Assembly: GCA_902478425.1 (NCBI GenBank)
Contig: CABSKV010000001.1
Coordinates: forward strand, 1-55,691
Length of the DNA: 55,691 nt
Source of the DNA: an uncultured Coriobacteriia bacterium
Lineage (GTDB): Bacteria; Actinomycetota; Coriobacteriia; Coriobacteriales; QAMH01
Direction of reading: 5' to 3'
A program made the translations under genes and the position numbers. Numbering within the stretch: the stretch's first letter is position 1; each line of letters starts with the position of its first letter. The notes below the pieces were generated by a model. It was given only the letters and a program-made list of their open reading frames with translations. It was not told where the DNA came from and made no database searches. Shown here piece by piece: positions 19,113-27,450 of this stretch.

Positions 19113-19514
19113 ATGGCAGATACCAAGAAAGAAGCCATCTACTATGGCACCGGTCGCCGCAAGAACGCCGTAGCGCGCGTTCGCCTCGTTCCCGGCACCG
19201 GCAAGGTCACCGTCAACAAGCGCGATGCCGAGGACTACTTCGGCCGCAAGGCGCTCGTCGAGTACGCGACCTCTCCCTTCACCGTGACGGGTACCGCCAA
19301 GCACTTCGACGTCATCGCCACCCTCAATGGCGGCGGCATCTCGGGCCAGGCTGGCGCCCTGCGCCACGGCATCGCCCGCGCCCTGCTCGAAGCCGGCGAT
19401 TATCGTGCCGAGCTCAAGAAGGCCGGCTTTCTCACGCGCGACCCGCGTATGGTCGAGCGCAAGAAGTACGGTCTCAAGAAGGCCCGCAAGCGCCCGCAGT
19501 TCTCCAAGCGCTAA
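19113..19514 (+). CDS. rpsI: 30S ribosomal protein S9
   Basis: Contains [16 protein letters not shown] and ends in [12 protein letters not shown]. Confidence 0.96.
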   Translation: MADTKKEAIYYGTGRRKNAVARVRLVPGTGKVTVNKRDAEDYFGRKALVEYATSPFTVTGTAKHFDVIATLNGGGISGQAGALRHGIARALLEAGDYRAELKKAGFLTRDPRMVERKKYGLKKARKRPQFSKR

Positions 19515-19534
19515 GTTTTGAGAAACATGCATGC

Positions 19535-19566
19535 AAAAGGGGACTCGCATCGCGAGTCCCCTTTTT
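19535..19566. terminator. Bidirectional intrinsic terminator between convergent rpsI and the hydrogenase protease gene
   Basis: A 10-bp stem (GGGGACTCGC/GCGAGTCCCC) is flanked by AAAA upstream and TTTTT downstream. Confidence 0.75.
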
Positions 19567-19571
19567 GTTGG

Positions 19572-20129
19572 CTACAGTTCGATCTCCAGCAGCTCCAGCA
19601 CTGCATCGACCGCATAGGGTACGGCGGCCTTCACCTCGGGTGTCAAATCGATGGTGAAATCCCGCGGGCAGATGTCCCTCTTCTGCACGCCCACGCAACG
19701 GATGTCGCAGTCGTGTCCTGCGAGGCGCGCGTTGTTGAGCACGTCCGAGACGCGCATGTCGTGCAGCGAGTGCATGATGCTATAGGCAGCCATATCCTCG
19801 GGCGTGAAGGTGTAGCAGGTGCCCGGTGCGGCATCTGCCCCGCAATCCACCGCGTCCACGACGACGAGACGATCGAAGTCGCGTATGTAGGGGATGAGGC
19901 TCATGCCCATGGTCCCGGCATCCATGACGGGAATGCGCTTGTCGGCGTCATCCTCGTCATGGGCATCGTATTCGCGGAATGTTTCCATCAGCATGCGCGC
20001 ATGCTGCTCGTCAAAGGTCTCGCGGGCCGTGTCGTAATCGGTTAGCACCTTGGCCATGTACGAGCCAAAGCCCTCGTCGAGCATGAGCATGTTTCCCACG
20101 CAGACGACCATCTGCTTTATATCTTCCAC
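19572..20129 (-). CDS. hyaD: [NiFe]-hydrogenase maturation endopeptidase (HyaD/HybD family)
   Basis: VVCVGNMLMLDEGFG is the conserved GN...DEG metal-binding motif. The maximal ORF opens at TTG 20165, overlapping aroK. GTG 20129 (AAAGGG 7 nt upstream) or ATG 20111 are the more plausible starts. Confidence 0.85.
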   Translation of the reverse strand: MEDIKQMVVCVGNMLMLDEGFGSYMAKVLTDYDTARETFDEQHARMLMETFREYDAHDEDDADKRIPVMDAGTMGMSLIPYIRDFDRLVVVDAVDCGADAAPGTCYTFTPEDMAAYSIMHSLHDMRVSDVLNNARLAGHDCDIRCVGVQKRDICPRDFTIDLTPEVKAAVPYAVDAVLELLEIEL

Positions 20130-20148
20130 GACATTCCCTTTCTTGCGT

Positions 20149-20670
20149 TTACATATACGGAGCAAGCTCTGCCGTGAGCTTCTCGACGGATTCGAGCGTG
20201 CTCAGCCCATCGAGCGTGACGGTGAGATCGGCCGCCTTCTCGTAGAGCGGTCGCCGCTCCGCATAGAGGTCTTCGAGCGTGCTTCCCCGATGGATGACGA
20301 CGCCGCGGTCAAGCAGATCCGGCTGCAGGCGACGCGTGATCTCGTCGAGGCTCAAATCGAGGAAGACGATCGTTCCGAGAGCGTGGAGGTTTGCGACGGC
20401 CTCGCTTCCGTATACGGCCGAGCCGCCCGTCGCGATGATGTGATGCGCGCAGCTCAAGTTAGCGAGCAGCTTGTTTTCGCAGGCGATGAACCCCTCGATG
20501 CCGCGCTCTTCCAGAATCTCCGAGAGCAGCATGTCCTCGCTCTCCTGGATGAGCAAGTCGGTATCGACGAAGCGATAGCCAAGCTTCTTGGCAAGCACGA
20601 CGCCGAGCGTGCTCTTGCCGGCACCGGGCATGCCAATGAGCGTGATGTTGTCGTTCGTGGCAATGGGCAA
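20149..20670 (-). CDS. aroK: Shikimate kinase
   Basis: Contains ITLIGMPGAGKSTLGVVLAKKLGYRFVDTDLLIQ. It uses a TTG start preceded by GAGGAAGGA. Confidence 0.9.
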   Translation of the reverse strand: MPIATNDNITLIGMPGAGKSTLGVVLAKKLGYRFVDTDLLIQESEDMLLSEILEERGIEGFIACENKLLANLSCAHHIIATGGSAVYGSEAVANLHALGTIVFLDLSLDEITRRLQPDLLDRGVVIHRGSTLEDLYAERRPLYEKAADLTVTLDGLSTLESVEKLTAELAPYM

Positions 20671-20714
20671 CGTCTATCCTTCCTCTAGCTTGCGACATTC
20701 TAGCGTAATGCGGC

Positions 20715-20747
20715 AAAAAAGAGGGCCCGCGAAACTCGCGGGCCCTC
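20715..20747 (-). terminator. Intrinsic terminator after the hydrogenase structural genes
   Basis: An 11-bp stem (GAGGGCCCGCG/CGCGGGCCCTC) with a 5-nt loop is followed on the minus strand by TTTTTT. It lies 25 nt after the cytochrome b stop. Confidence 0.8.
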
Positions 20748-20771
20748 CAAGCATCGTATGGCGAGAAGCGC

Positions 20772-21503
20772 CTACTCCTTCTCGAGGACCACCTTGTCCT
20801 CCATGACGATAATCTCCTCGTCCATCGGATCGTAGCCGGAGATGTTGTGAGTCTCCAGGCTGTAGGTCAGACCACCATGCGGCTTGGTGCCAAGCAGCAT
20901 TACCTTGGTCGGATCGATGCCCTCGATGTTGGCGAGGTAGATGTGGATGAGCGTGAAGCAGATGAAGAAGAACATCATGAAGTAGTGAATGACGCGCACC
21001 TTCATCAGACCGCCGACGAGCGTGGTGAAGCCAGCGAAGAACGGGATGTTCATCGTCGGCGCCCACAGGCAGAAGCCCGTGTAGCCCATGAAGAAGATGG
21101 CCACTGCGATGAGCAGGTAGGACAGCTTCTGCGGCACACCGTACTTGCCGCCCAGCGGATGCTCCTTCTTGAAGAAGAGGTAGTACTTGATCCACGGCCA
21201 GAGCTGGTGACGGTTGTCCTTCTGGGGGAAGAACGTGTACATGTCGAGCTTGGTCTCGCGGGTGCCGTAGGCCGGAGCGGACTTCACGAAGCCGGCAGCG
21301 ACGATACGGAAGACGAGGTTGATGAGAATCACGAACGCGCAGAACATGTGCACGCCACGAGCGACGCCCATCAGACCCGGTACGACCGGGTAGTGGATCT
21401 CGATACCCGAAAGGATAAGGAGAAGCATACAGATGAGGTTGACCCAGTGGGTAAAGCGGAAGATGAACGGATGCGCCTCAGGATAGTGTACGAGATGTGC
21501 CAT
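20772..21503 (-). CDS. hyaC: [NiFe]-hydrogenase cytochrome b subunit (HyaC-like membrane anchor)
   Basis: Begins MAHLVHYPEAHPFIFRFTHWVN and has 4 TM helices with conserved His. ATG 21503 follows GGGGAGG and lies 3 nt after the large-subunit stop. The ORF-track extension to 21590 overlaps hyaB. Confidence 0.88.
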   Translation of the reverse strand: MAHLVHYPEAHPFIFRFTHWVNLICMLLLILSGIEIHYPVVPGLMGVARGVHMFCAFVILINLVFRIVAAGFVKSAPAYGTRETKLDMYTFFPQKDNRHQLWPWIKYYLFFKKEHPLGGKYGVPQKLSYLLIAVAIFFMGYTGFCLWAPTMNIPFFAGFTTLVGGLMKVRVIHYFMMFFFICFTLIHIYLANIEGIDPTKVMLLGTKPHGGLTYSLETHNISGYDPMDEEIIVMEDKVVLEKE

Positions 21504-21505
21504 GA

Positions 21506-23227
21506 TTATCGACCTCCCCAAGGACTCGTGTGCATCTTGAACTCGCGGCCCGTCTTGGGCTCGACGATGTGGACCGCGCAGGCAACGCACGGGTCATAGC
21601 CGTGGACGATGCGCAGCGCGTTGATGGGAGCCTCGATGTTGGCGATGGGCGTACCAAGGAGACCCTGCTCGATGGTGCCAAGCACGCCATGCTCGTCACG
21701 CGGCGAGATGTTCCACGTGGTGGGGACGACCTCCTGATAGTGCGTGATGAGGTTGCCGGAAAGCGTCTCGGTGTGGTAGAGAGCGCCACGCGGAGCCTCC
21801 CAGAAGCCCTCGCCCAGGCCCGTGTCGCGGACACGCTCGGCGAACCAGGGGTTGCCCTCGATGGCGCCGGCCTCGATGAGACCGAGGAGCTCGATGAGCT
21901 CGCCGCACCAGTCGATCATGTAGCCGGCAACGGCGGAAGCCTCGATGGGGCGGGCGGCCAGACGGCCGAGCGCGGAGTTGAGGGACATGATGCTGCTTGC
22001 GTCAACCGGAAGCTTCAGGCCCGTGAGAACGGCATTGACACCCGCGATGATCTCGGGGTTGCCGCTCATGTAGGAGACGAGCACGCGAGCGAGCGGGCCG
22101 ACCTCCATGGGCTCGCCGTTGTAGCGCGGAGCCTTGGACCAGGTGTACTTGTCGTTGACGATCTCGGCAGCGGCATCCTTGTAGTAGCCGGGGAACTTCT
22201 CGGGAAGCTCGGTCACGCCGACCGTGGGATGCAGCGGCTCGCCGCTGTCCTTGTAGTAGGCATGCGTCGTGCCCTCGGTGATGTAGGCACCGTCGAACTG
22301 CTCGAGCACGGGGGCGCCGCTCTTCATGCGGACGATGCCCGCGGGGAAGAAGCGGTCGTCGAGCTCGCGCGACGGACGGTCGAAGACGCCGTAGGCCATG
22401 AAGTTGCCATGCTTGTTGTTGCCGATGGTCACGACATCGTTGAGGTAGACGCTCGCGATGGCGATGGCATCGGGGATCATGACGTTGTCGACCCAGTCCT
22501 TGAGTTTCTTGGCGCGGAACAGGATGTCGTCGAGCTTCTCGACGCTCGGATACCAGGCGGTGCCACCGGGGATCGAGGTCTGGACGTGCGGCATCTTGCC
22601 ACCGATGATCGCGGAGATCTCGTCGGCGGTTGCCTGCATGTCGATGGCCTCGATGTAGTGGGCCGTGGCGATGAGGTCGACCTCAGCCGGAAGCTTGTAG
22701 GCCTCGGGAGCCAGGCCGTCCATGAACCAGCCGCCGGACAGCCAGGAGTACTGGCCGTTCTCGGCAAACTTGACGAGACGATCCTTGAGAGCCGCGAAGT
22801 CGGTCTGGGCAAGGCCCAGCGTCTCGCACAGCTCGTAGGTCTTCTTGATGTCAGCCTCGACTGCGTGCAGCGGGTTGACGTAGTCAAGTGCGCTCAGCTG
22901 ATAGAACCACAGGATGTGGCTGTGCATGAACTGCGCACCCTCGATGAGGTTGCGGACCAGGCGACCACCGTTGGGAATCTGGATGCCGTAGGCTTCCTCA
23001 GCCGCGAAGACGGAGGTGTGGCAGTGGGAGACGGGGCAGACGCCGCAGACGCGCTGGGCGAGCATGGCCGCGTCATAGGGATCGCGTCCCTCGGCGATGA
23101 GCTCGAGGCCGCGGAACAGACCGCCGGAAACCCAAGCGTCGGTGACGACGCCGTTCTCGACTTCCATCTCGACGCGCAGATGGCCCTCGATGCGGTCAAC
23201 CGGATCGATAATAGAATGCTTAGCCAT
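21506..23227 (-). CDS. hyaB: [NiFe]-hydrogenase large subunit, group 1 (membrane-bound uptake type)
   Basis: N-terminal RIEGHLRVEMEV and RVCGVCPVSH (the L1 CxxC motif) plus C-terminal DPCVACAVH followed by a cleavable extension. Confidence 0.95.
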   Translation of the reverse strand: MAKHSIIDPVDRIEGHLRVEMEVENGVVTDAWVSGGLFRGLELIAEGRDPYDAAMLAQRVCGVCPVSHCHTSVFAAEEAYGIQIPNGGRLVRNLIEGAQFMHSHILWFYQLSALDYVNPLHAVEADIKKTYELCETLGLAQTDFAALKDRLVKFAENGQYSWLSGGWFMDGLAPEAYKLPAEVDLIATAHYIEAIDMQATADEISAIIGGKMPHVQTSIPGGTAWYPSVEKLDDILFRAKKLKDWVDNVMIPDAIAIASVYLNDVVTIGNNKHGNFMAYGVFDRPSRELDDRFFPAGIVRMKSGAPVLEQFDGAYITEGTTHAYYKDSGEPLHPTVGVTELPEKFPGYYKDAAAEIVNDKYTWSKAPRYNGEPMEVGPLARVLVSYMSGNPEIIAGVNAVLTGLKLPVDASSIMSLNSALGRLAARPIEASAVAGYMIDWCGELIELLGLIEAGAIEGNPWFAERVRDTGLGEGFWEAPRGALYHTETLSGNLITHYQEVVPTTWNISPRDEHGVLGTIEQGLLGTPIANIEAPINALRIVHGYDPCVACAVHIVEPKTGREFKMHTSPWGGR

Positions 23228-23229
23228 GT

Positions 23230-24492
23230 TTACTCACCCTCCTCGATGTCAACGATGACCTGCTCTTCGACGACAGGTACGGTGGAGGGCTCCTTCTTGC
23301 CGTGCTTGATATCCCACTCGCGCTCCTTCTCGAACGGAGCACCGCCCTTGGTACGGCCCGTGGCCTTCATGCCGATGCCGTGGATGACGAGGGCGGCGGT
23401 CAGAAGACCGGTGACGCCAAGCGCGATCGGGGTCGGCTGGAAGGCGATGCTGCCGAGCCTGAGGGTCTTGAGGCGACCCAGGAACGGGGAGTCGACGTCA
23501 ATCCAGTTGCGGACCGTGGTGCGAGGATCGCCATTGCAGCAGCCGATGCAGGGAGCGCCGGAGGCGACGCACCAGCTCACGCGGCGGTTCCAGCGAACCT
23601 GTGGGCAGTTGGCCTTGGTCTGCGGACCCTTGCAGCCCAGAGCGTACAGGCAGTAGCCCTTGGCCTCTTCCTCGCTACCGAACTCGTAGACGAACTCGCC
23701 GTTCTCGAAGTGACCACGACGCTCACAGTTGTCATGGATGGTCTGGCCATACATGTTGGACGGCATGTTGAACTCGTTGAGGCCGGCAACAACGGACTCG
23801 GGGCCCAGCAGCAGGTACTGGACGATGACCGCGACCAGGTTGGCGGGATTGACAGGACAAGAGGGAAGGTTGACGACCGGAGTCGACACGCCATTGTCCT
23901 TAAGGTACTTCTGGATACCCTCGGCATCGCCCGGGTTGGGGTATGCCGCGCAGAAGCCACCGTCGACGGCGCAGGAGCCTGCGGCGATAACGACAGCTGC
24001 GTCCTTGCAGGTGTGGAGCAGATGGCTCTCGTGCGGAGCGCAGGTGGGGGCACCGGCGATGCGCAGGATCTCACCATCGTAGCGGGTCATGACGGCGCCC
24101 TCGATGACGACGACGTACTTGCCCTTGGCTGCCTCGATCGTCTCCTCGCGGGCCTCTTCGAGGGAGTAGCCAGCGGCGGCGGAGAGGGTCTCGGCGTAGT
24201 TGAGCGCGAGATACTCGAGGATCAGCGTAGCCGGATCGGGATTGTCAGCCTGCGCAAAGGACTCGGTGCAGCCGGTGCAGGAGCCAAGCTCCATCCAGAT
24301 GACCGGCGCGAGACCGCCTTCGCCCAAACCTCCATCCGTACCGATGAGGGAGTTGCTCTCGATGGCTTCAGCAACGTCAGCAGCCGTTACGCCTTCAATG
24401 CCGATTGCAGCTGCAATCGTGCCACAGAAGCCGAGAAAGGCGCGACGTGTCAAACCACGCGACTCAAGCGACTCGATAAACGAATCTTGCAT
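23230..24492 (-). CDS. hyaA: [NiFe]-hydrogenase small subunit with Tat signal and C-terminal TM anchor
   Basis: Twin-arginine signal SRGLTRRAFLGFCG, Fe-S Cys ligands (GSCTGCTESF, CPVNP, GAPCIGCC) and a C-terminal helix LGVTGLLTAALVIHGIG. ATG 24492 lies 6 nt after GGAGG. Confidence 0.93.
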   Translation of the reverse strand: MQDSFIESLESRGLTRRAFLGFCGTIAAAIGIEGVTAADVAEAIESNSLIGTDGGLGEGGLAPVIWMELGSCTGCTESFAQADNPDPATLILEYLALNYAETLSAAAGYSLEEAREETIEAAKGKYVVVIEGAVMTRYDGEILRIAGAPTCAPHESHLLHTCKDAAVVIAAGSCAVDGGFCAAYPNPGDAEGIQKYLKDNGVSTPVVNLPSCPVNPANLVAVIVQYLLLGPESVVAGLNEFNMPSNMYGQTIHDNCERRGHFENGEFVYEFGSEEEAKGYCLYALGCKGPQTKANCPQVRWNRRVSWCVASGAPCIGCCNGDPRTTVRNWIDVDSPFLGRLKTLRLGSIAFQPTPIALGVTGLLTAALVIHGIGMKATGRTKGGAPFEKEREWDIKHGKKEPSTVPVVEEQVIVDIEEGE

Positions 24493-24690
24493 AGATACCT
24501 CCATCTTCCAATCAAACTCGCCGCGCGTGCCCCTCACACGAAATCGCAGCGAAGCTATGACACCGAACCTACTATAGAGAAAGCTCTTTCTGTTACAAAG
24601 CTCAAACGATTCGCAAACAATTTACGGGCGGTTTTGAGCCGTAAACGGGGGATAGTATTCTAGAATGGTTTACACGGCATACGGATAAAG

Positions 24691-25173
24691 ATGACAGGCA
24701 GGCGGCACGTGAAAAAGGAACGCACATACATCGCCAAGAATCGCAAGGCGCTGCACGATTACTTCGTCGAGGATCGCATCGAAGCGGGCATCGTGCTCAC
24801 AGGCACCGAGGTACGCTCGCTGCGCGAGAATTCGGCGCAGCTGCGCGATTGCTTCATCACGATCCGCAAGGGCGAGGCGTGGCTTAACGGCGTGCATATC
24901 GCCCCGTATAGCAACGGCTCCATCTTCAACGTCGAGCCCGAGCGCCGCCGCAAGCTGCTCCTACACAAGAAGGAGATCCTCAAGCTCGAGCAAGAGGCCT
25001 CCCAGCAGGGCTACTCGCTCATTCCGCTATCCATGTACTTTTCCGAGGAAGGTCGCGTGAAGGTCGAGGTCGGCGTTTGCAAGGGCAAGAAGCTCTACGA
25101 CAAGCGTGCCTCCATCAAGGAGCGCGACGCCAAGCGCGAAATCGCGCGCTCCATGAAGAACAGCAACCGTTAG
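24691..25173 (+). CDS. smpB: SsrA-binding protein
   Basis: Contains IAKNRKALHDYFVEDRIEAGIVLTGTEVRSLR and a KRKLLLHKKEI-type basic C-tail. Confidence 0.93.
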   Translation: MTGRRHVKKERTYIAKNRKALHDYFVEDRIEAGIVLTGTEVRSLRENSAQLRDCFITIRKGEAWLNGVHIAPYSNGSIFNVEPERRRKLLLHKKEILKLEQEASQQGYSLIPLSMYFSEEGRVKVEVGVCKGKKLYDKRASIKERDAKREIARSMKNSNR

Positions 25174-25175
25174 CA

Positions 25176-25208
25176 AATGAGACAAACGCTCAGTCTCGCT
25201 GTCTCATT
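25176..25208. repeat. 33-nt palindromic intergenic repeat (AATGAGACA-N15-TGTCTCATT), copy A
   Basis: AATGAGACAAACGCTCAGTCTCGCTGTCTCATT. It is identical to copy B at 45381-45413 except for the 3 central nucleotides, and lies between convergent smpB and rdgB. Confidence 0.65.
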
Positions 25209-25227
25209 TGTTGCAGGAACCGCTTTG

Positions 25228-25833
25228 TTAGTGTGATTCGAATTCGCGGATGAAGGCGTGCAGTGCCTCGCCACGATGCGAGATGGCGTCCTTTTGCTCG
25301 CTGGGCACTTCGGCCGTGGTCAACTTGCCATCAAAGGCGTCGGCGAAGAAGAGCGGGTCGTAGCCAAAGCCGTTGCTGCCGCGCTCCTCGTAGCCGATCT
25401 TTCCCTTGCAGCTGCCATGCGCCACGATTTCGGAATCGTCCGTGTCGACGAAAACGAGCGTGCACACGAAACGTGCGGTGCGCTCGTCATCGGGCACGTC
25501 GGCTAGCAGCTCGAGCAGCTTGGCGTTGTTGTCGGCATCGGTCGCGTCTTCGCCCGCGAATCGACTCGAAAAGACGCCGGGTGCGCCGTCGAGCGCGTCG
25601 ACGACCAGTCCACTGTCATCGGCGAGTGCGGGAAGCCCCGTGTTGTCGCGCGCGGCCAGCGCCTTGATGCGCGCGTTGCCCTCGAAGTCGTCGGCATCCT
25701 CCACGGGCTCGGGATAGCTGCCACAGTCCTTGAGGCTCACGAACTCCCAGCCCGTCACCGGCGTGAGCATGCGGGAAATCTCCTCGAGCTTGTGGGCGTT
25801 ATTCGTCGCGATGACGACTTTCTTCGTGGCCAT
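25228..25833 (-). CDS. rdgB: dITP/XTP pyrophosphatase (RdgB/HAM1 family)
   Basis: Contains VVIATNNAHKLEEI, GFGYDPLF and ISHRGEA. ATG 25833 follows GGAGGAG. The ORF-track extension to 26469 overlaps rph. Confidence 0.9.
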   Translation of the reverse strand: MATKKVVIATNNAHKLEEISRMLTPVTGWEFVSLKDCGSYPEPVEDADDFEGNARIKALAARDNTGLPALADDSGLVVDALDGAPGVFSSRFAGEDATDADNNAKLLELLADVPDDERTARFVCTLVFVDTDDSEIVAHGSCKGKIGYEERGSNGFGYDPLFFADAFDGKLTTAEVPSEQKDAISHRGEALHAFIREFESH

Positions 25834-25835
25834 GC

Positions 25836-26570
25836 CTACTCCTCCAAGGCTCTTCTTTGGTCTTCGAGCAGCTCGTCGATCCCGAAGGTCGCGACATCGA
25901 GCATCTTGTCGAGCTTCGCGCGATCGAACGAGCACTGCTCGCCCGTGCCCTGGATCTCGATGATCTCGCCGCGCGCGTTCATGATGAGGTTGAGGTCGAC
26001 CTCGGCGCGCGAGTCCTCCTGGTAGTCGAGGTCGAGCAGGATGCGCCCGTCCACCTGGCCGACGCTGATGGCGGCAACCTGGTCGATGATGGGGCTCGTC
26101 TTGATCTTGCCGGCGTTCTGCCACATCTCGAGCGCGTCGTGCAGCGCGACCCACGCTCCCGTGATGGCCGCCGTACGCGTGCCGCCGTCTGCCTGCAGCA
26201 CGTCGCAGTCGACGGTGAAGGTGACCTCGCCGCCCAAGCCGGTCATGTCGACCGCCGAGCGCAGACTGCGCCCGATGAGACGCTCGATTTCCATGCTGCG
26301 GCCCTTGCGCGTAAGGTGTTCGCGCGACGTGCGTTTGGCGGTTGACGCCGGAAGCATCGCGTACTCGGCGGTAATCCAGCCGGCACCTGCCCCCTTGCGC
26401 CATGCCTTGACACGCTCCTCGATGCTCACCGCGCACAGGACCTTGGTGGCACCGGTCTCGATGAGGCACGAGCCGGGAACGTTATCGAGAAAGTGGCGCG
26501 TGATCTTCGTCGGGCGCTTTTCCTCGGGACCGCGCCCATAGGAGCGTCCCAAACCGATGTTGACTGTCAT
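25836..26570 (-). CDS. rph: Ribonuclease PH
   Basis: Contains GSCLIETGATKVLCAV, ITAEYAMLPASTAKR and DCDVLQADGGTRTAAITGA. SD is AGGAGA. Confidence 0.93.
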   Translation of the reverse strand: MTVNIGLGRSYGRGPEEKRPTKITRHFLDNVPGSCLIETGATKVLCAVSIEERVKAWRKGAGAGWITAEYAMLPASTAKRTSREHLTRKGRSMEIERLIGRSLRSAVDMTGLGGEVTFTVDCDVLQADGGTRTAAITGAWVALHDALEMWQNAGKIKTSPIIDQVAAISVGQVDGRILLDLDYQEDSRAEVDLNLIMNARGEIIEIQGTGEQCSFDRAKLDKMLDVATFGIDELLEDQRRALEE

Positions 26571-26582
26571 GGTTTCTCCTGC

Positions 26583-27443
26583 CTAGAGGTCTTGAACATC
26601 CACGTAGCTGAGGTCTTCGATGGGGTAGCCCAGGATATGCCCGCCGATGTTGCGGAAGTCGTCCAGGTCGGCGCCCGTCGTGAAGAAGCTGCTGTGCTGC
26701 GGCACCGAGCCGTCGGCCAGGTGCCCGCGATAGGTGAGCGTCTCGACGACCTCCTTGGCCGTCTCTTCGGAGGACGAGACGATCGCGACATCCTCGCCCA
26801 CGGCTTGCTGGATGAGCGGAGCCAGCACGGGGTAATGCGTGCAGCCCAGCACGAGCGTGTCGACGCCTGCCTTCTTGATGGGGTCGAGGTAGTCGCGTGC
26901 GATCGACTGGAACGCCGGGCGCAGGTACACGTCGCTCGCCTCGGCCGTGAGGCGCTCGATGGGGCTGTTGGAGCGTCGGATGCCGTCTTCGACGATTTCG
27001 ACGAAGAGCGGCGTTGCCGAAGAGAACGCGGTCACGCCCGCATCGAGGTTGCGAATCGTGTCCGGGTAGATGCCCGAGTCGATGGTCGCCTGCGTGGCGA
27101 TGACGCCGACGCGGCGGTTGCGCGTCATGCGCACGGCACCGCGCGCCCCGGGCTCGACCACGCCGATGACCGGGACGTCAAACTCCATCTGGGCAAGCGC
27201 GAGGCCCGCCGCCGTTGCCGTGTTGCAGGCGATGATGATGAGCTTCACGTCATGCTTTGAGAGCCAAGTGCCGATCTGGTGCACGAAGCCGCGCACTTCG
27301 CGCAGGTCACGCGGGCCATACGGACAGCGTGCCGTATCGCCGAAGAAGATGAGCGATTCCTGCGGCAAGCGCTCGTGAATGGCGCGTGCGACGGTGAGAC
27401 CGCCGAATCCGGAATCGAATATGCCGATGGGAGCGTTATTCAT
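26583..27443 (-). CDS. murI: Glutamate racemase
   Basis: Contains PIGIFDSGFGGLTVARAI, IIACNTATA and LGCTHYP. Confidence 0.93.
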   Translation of the reverse strand: MNNAPIGIFDSGFGGLTVARAIHERLPQESLIFFGDTARCPYGPRDLREVRGFVHQIGTWLSKHDVKLIIIACNTATAAGLALAQMEFDVPVIGVVEPGARGAVRMTRNRRVGVIATQATIDSGIYPDTIRNLDAGVTAFSSATPLFVEIVEDGIRRSNSPIERLTAEASDVYLRPAFQSIARDYLDPIKKAGVDTLVLGCTHYPVLAPLIQQAVGEDVAIVSSSEETAKEVVETLTYRGHLADGSVPQHSSFFTTGADLDDFRNIGGHILGYPIEDLSYVDVQDL

Positions 27444-27450
27444 AGCCGCA

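Noticed and set aside
21530-23656. A 708-aa plus-strand ORF opposite the hydrogenase large and small subunit genes. Similar long antisense ORFs occur at 6972-8204, 9742-11049, 12003-13589, 31154-32917, 33083-34777, 35676-37118, 40340-41725 and 53062-54321.
   Set aside because: All lie antisense to genes with unambiguous family motifs. They are rich in R/A/G/D/V/H as expected for reverse-frame GC-rich translation, and they lack SDs and recognisable domains.
20772-24492. The hydrogenase cluster as a novel system
   Set aside because: It has the standard group-1 membrane-bound [NiFe] uptake hydrogenase architecture: a Tat small subunit, a large subunit with L1 and C-terminal CxxC motifs, and cytochrome b. 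Only the displaced protease gene is unusual.
24599-24646. Two overlapping alternative hairpins (GCTCAAA/TTTGAGC and TTTACGGGC/GCCGTAAA) upstream of smpB, considered as a possible riboregulator
   Set aside because: The stems are short (7-8 bp) with no T tract, and smpB has no known leader. The region is a divergent promoter gap where such weak dyads are expected by chance.
25834-26469. N-terminal 212-aa extension of the rdgB ORF (ORF track 25228..26469)
   Set aside because: The extension overlaps rph in another frame and is Arg/Gly/His-rich noise. A canonical ATG with a GGAGGAG SD sits at 25833, exactly where RdgB homology (MATKKVVIATNN) begins.
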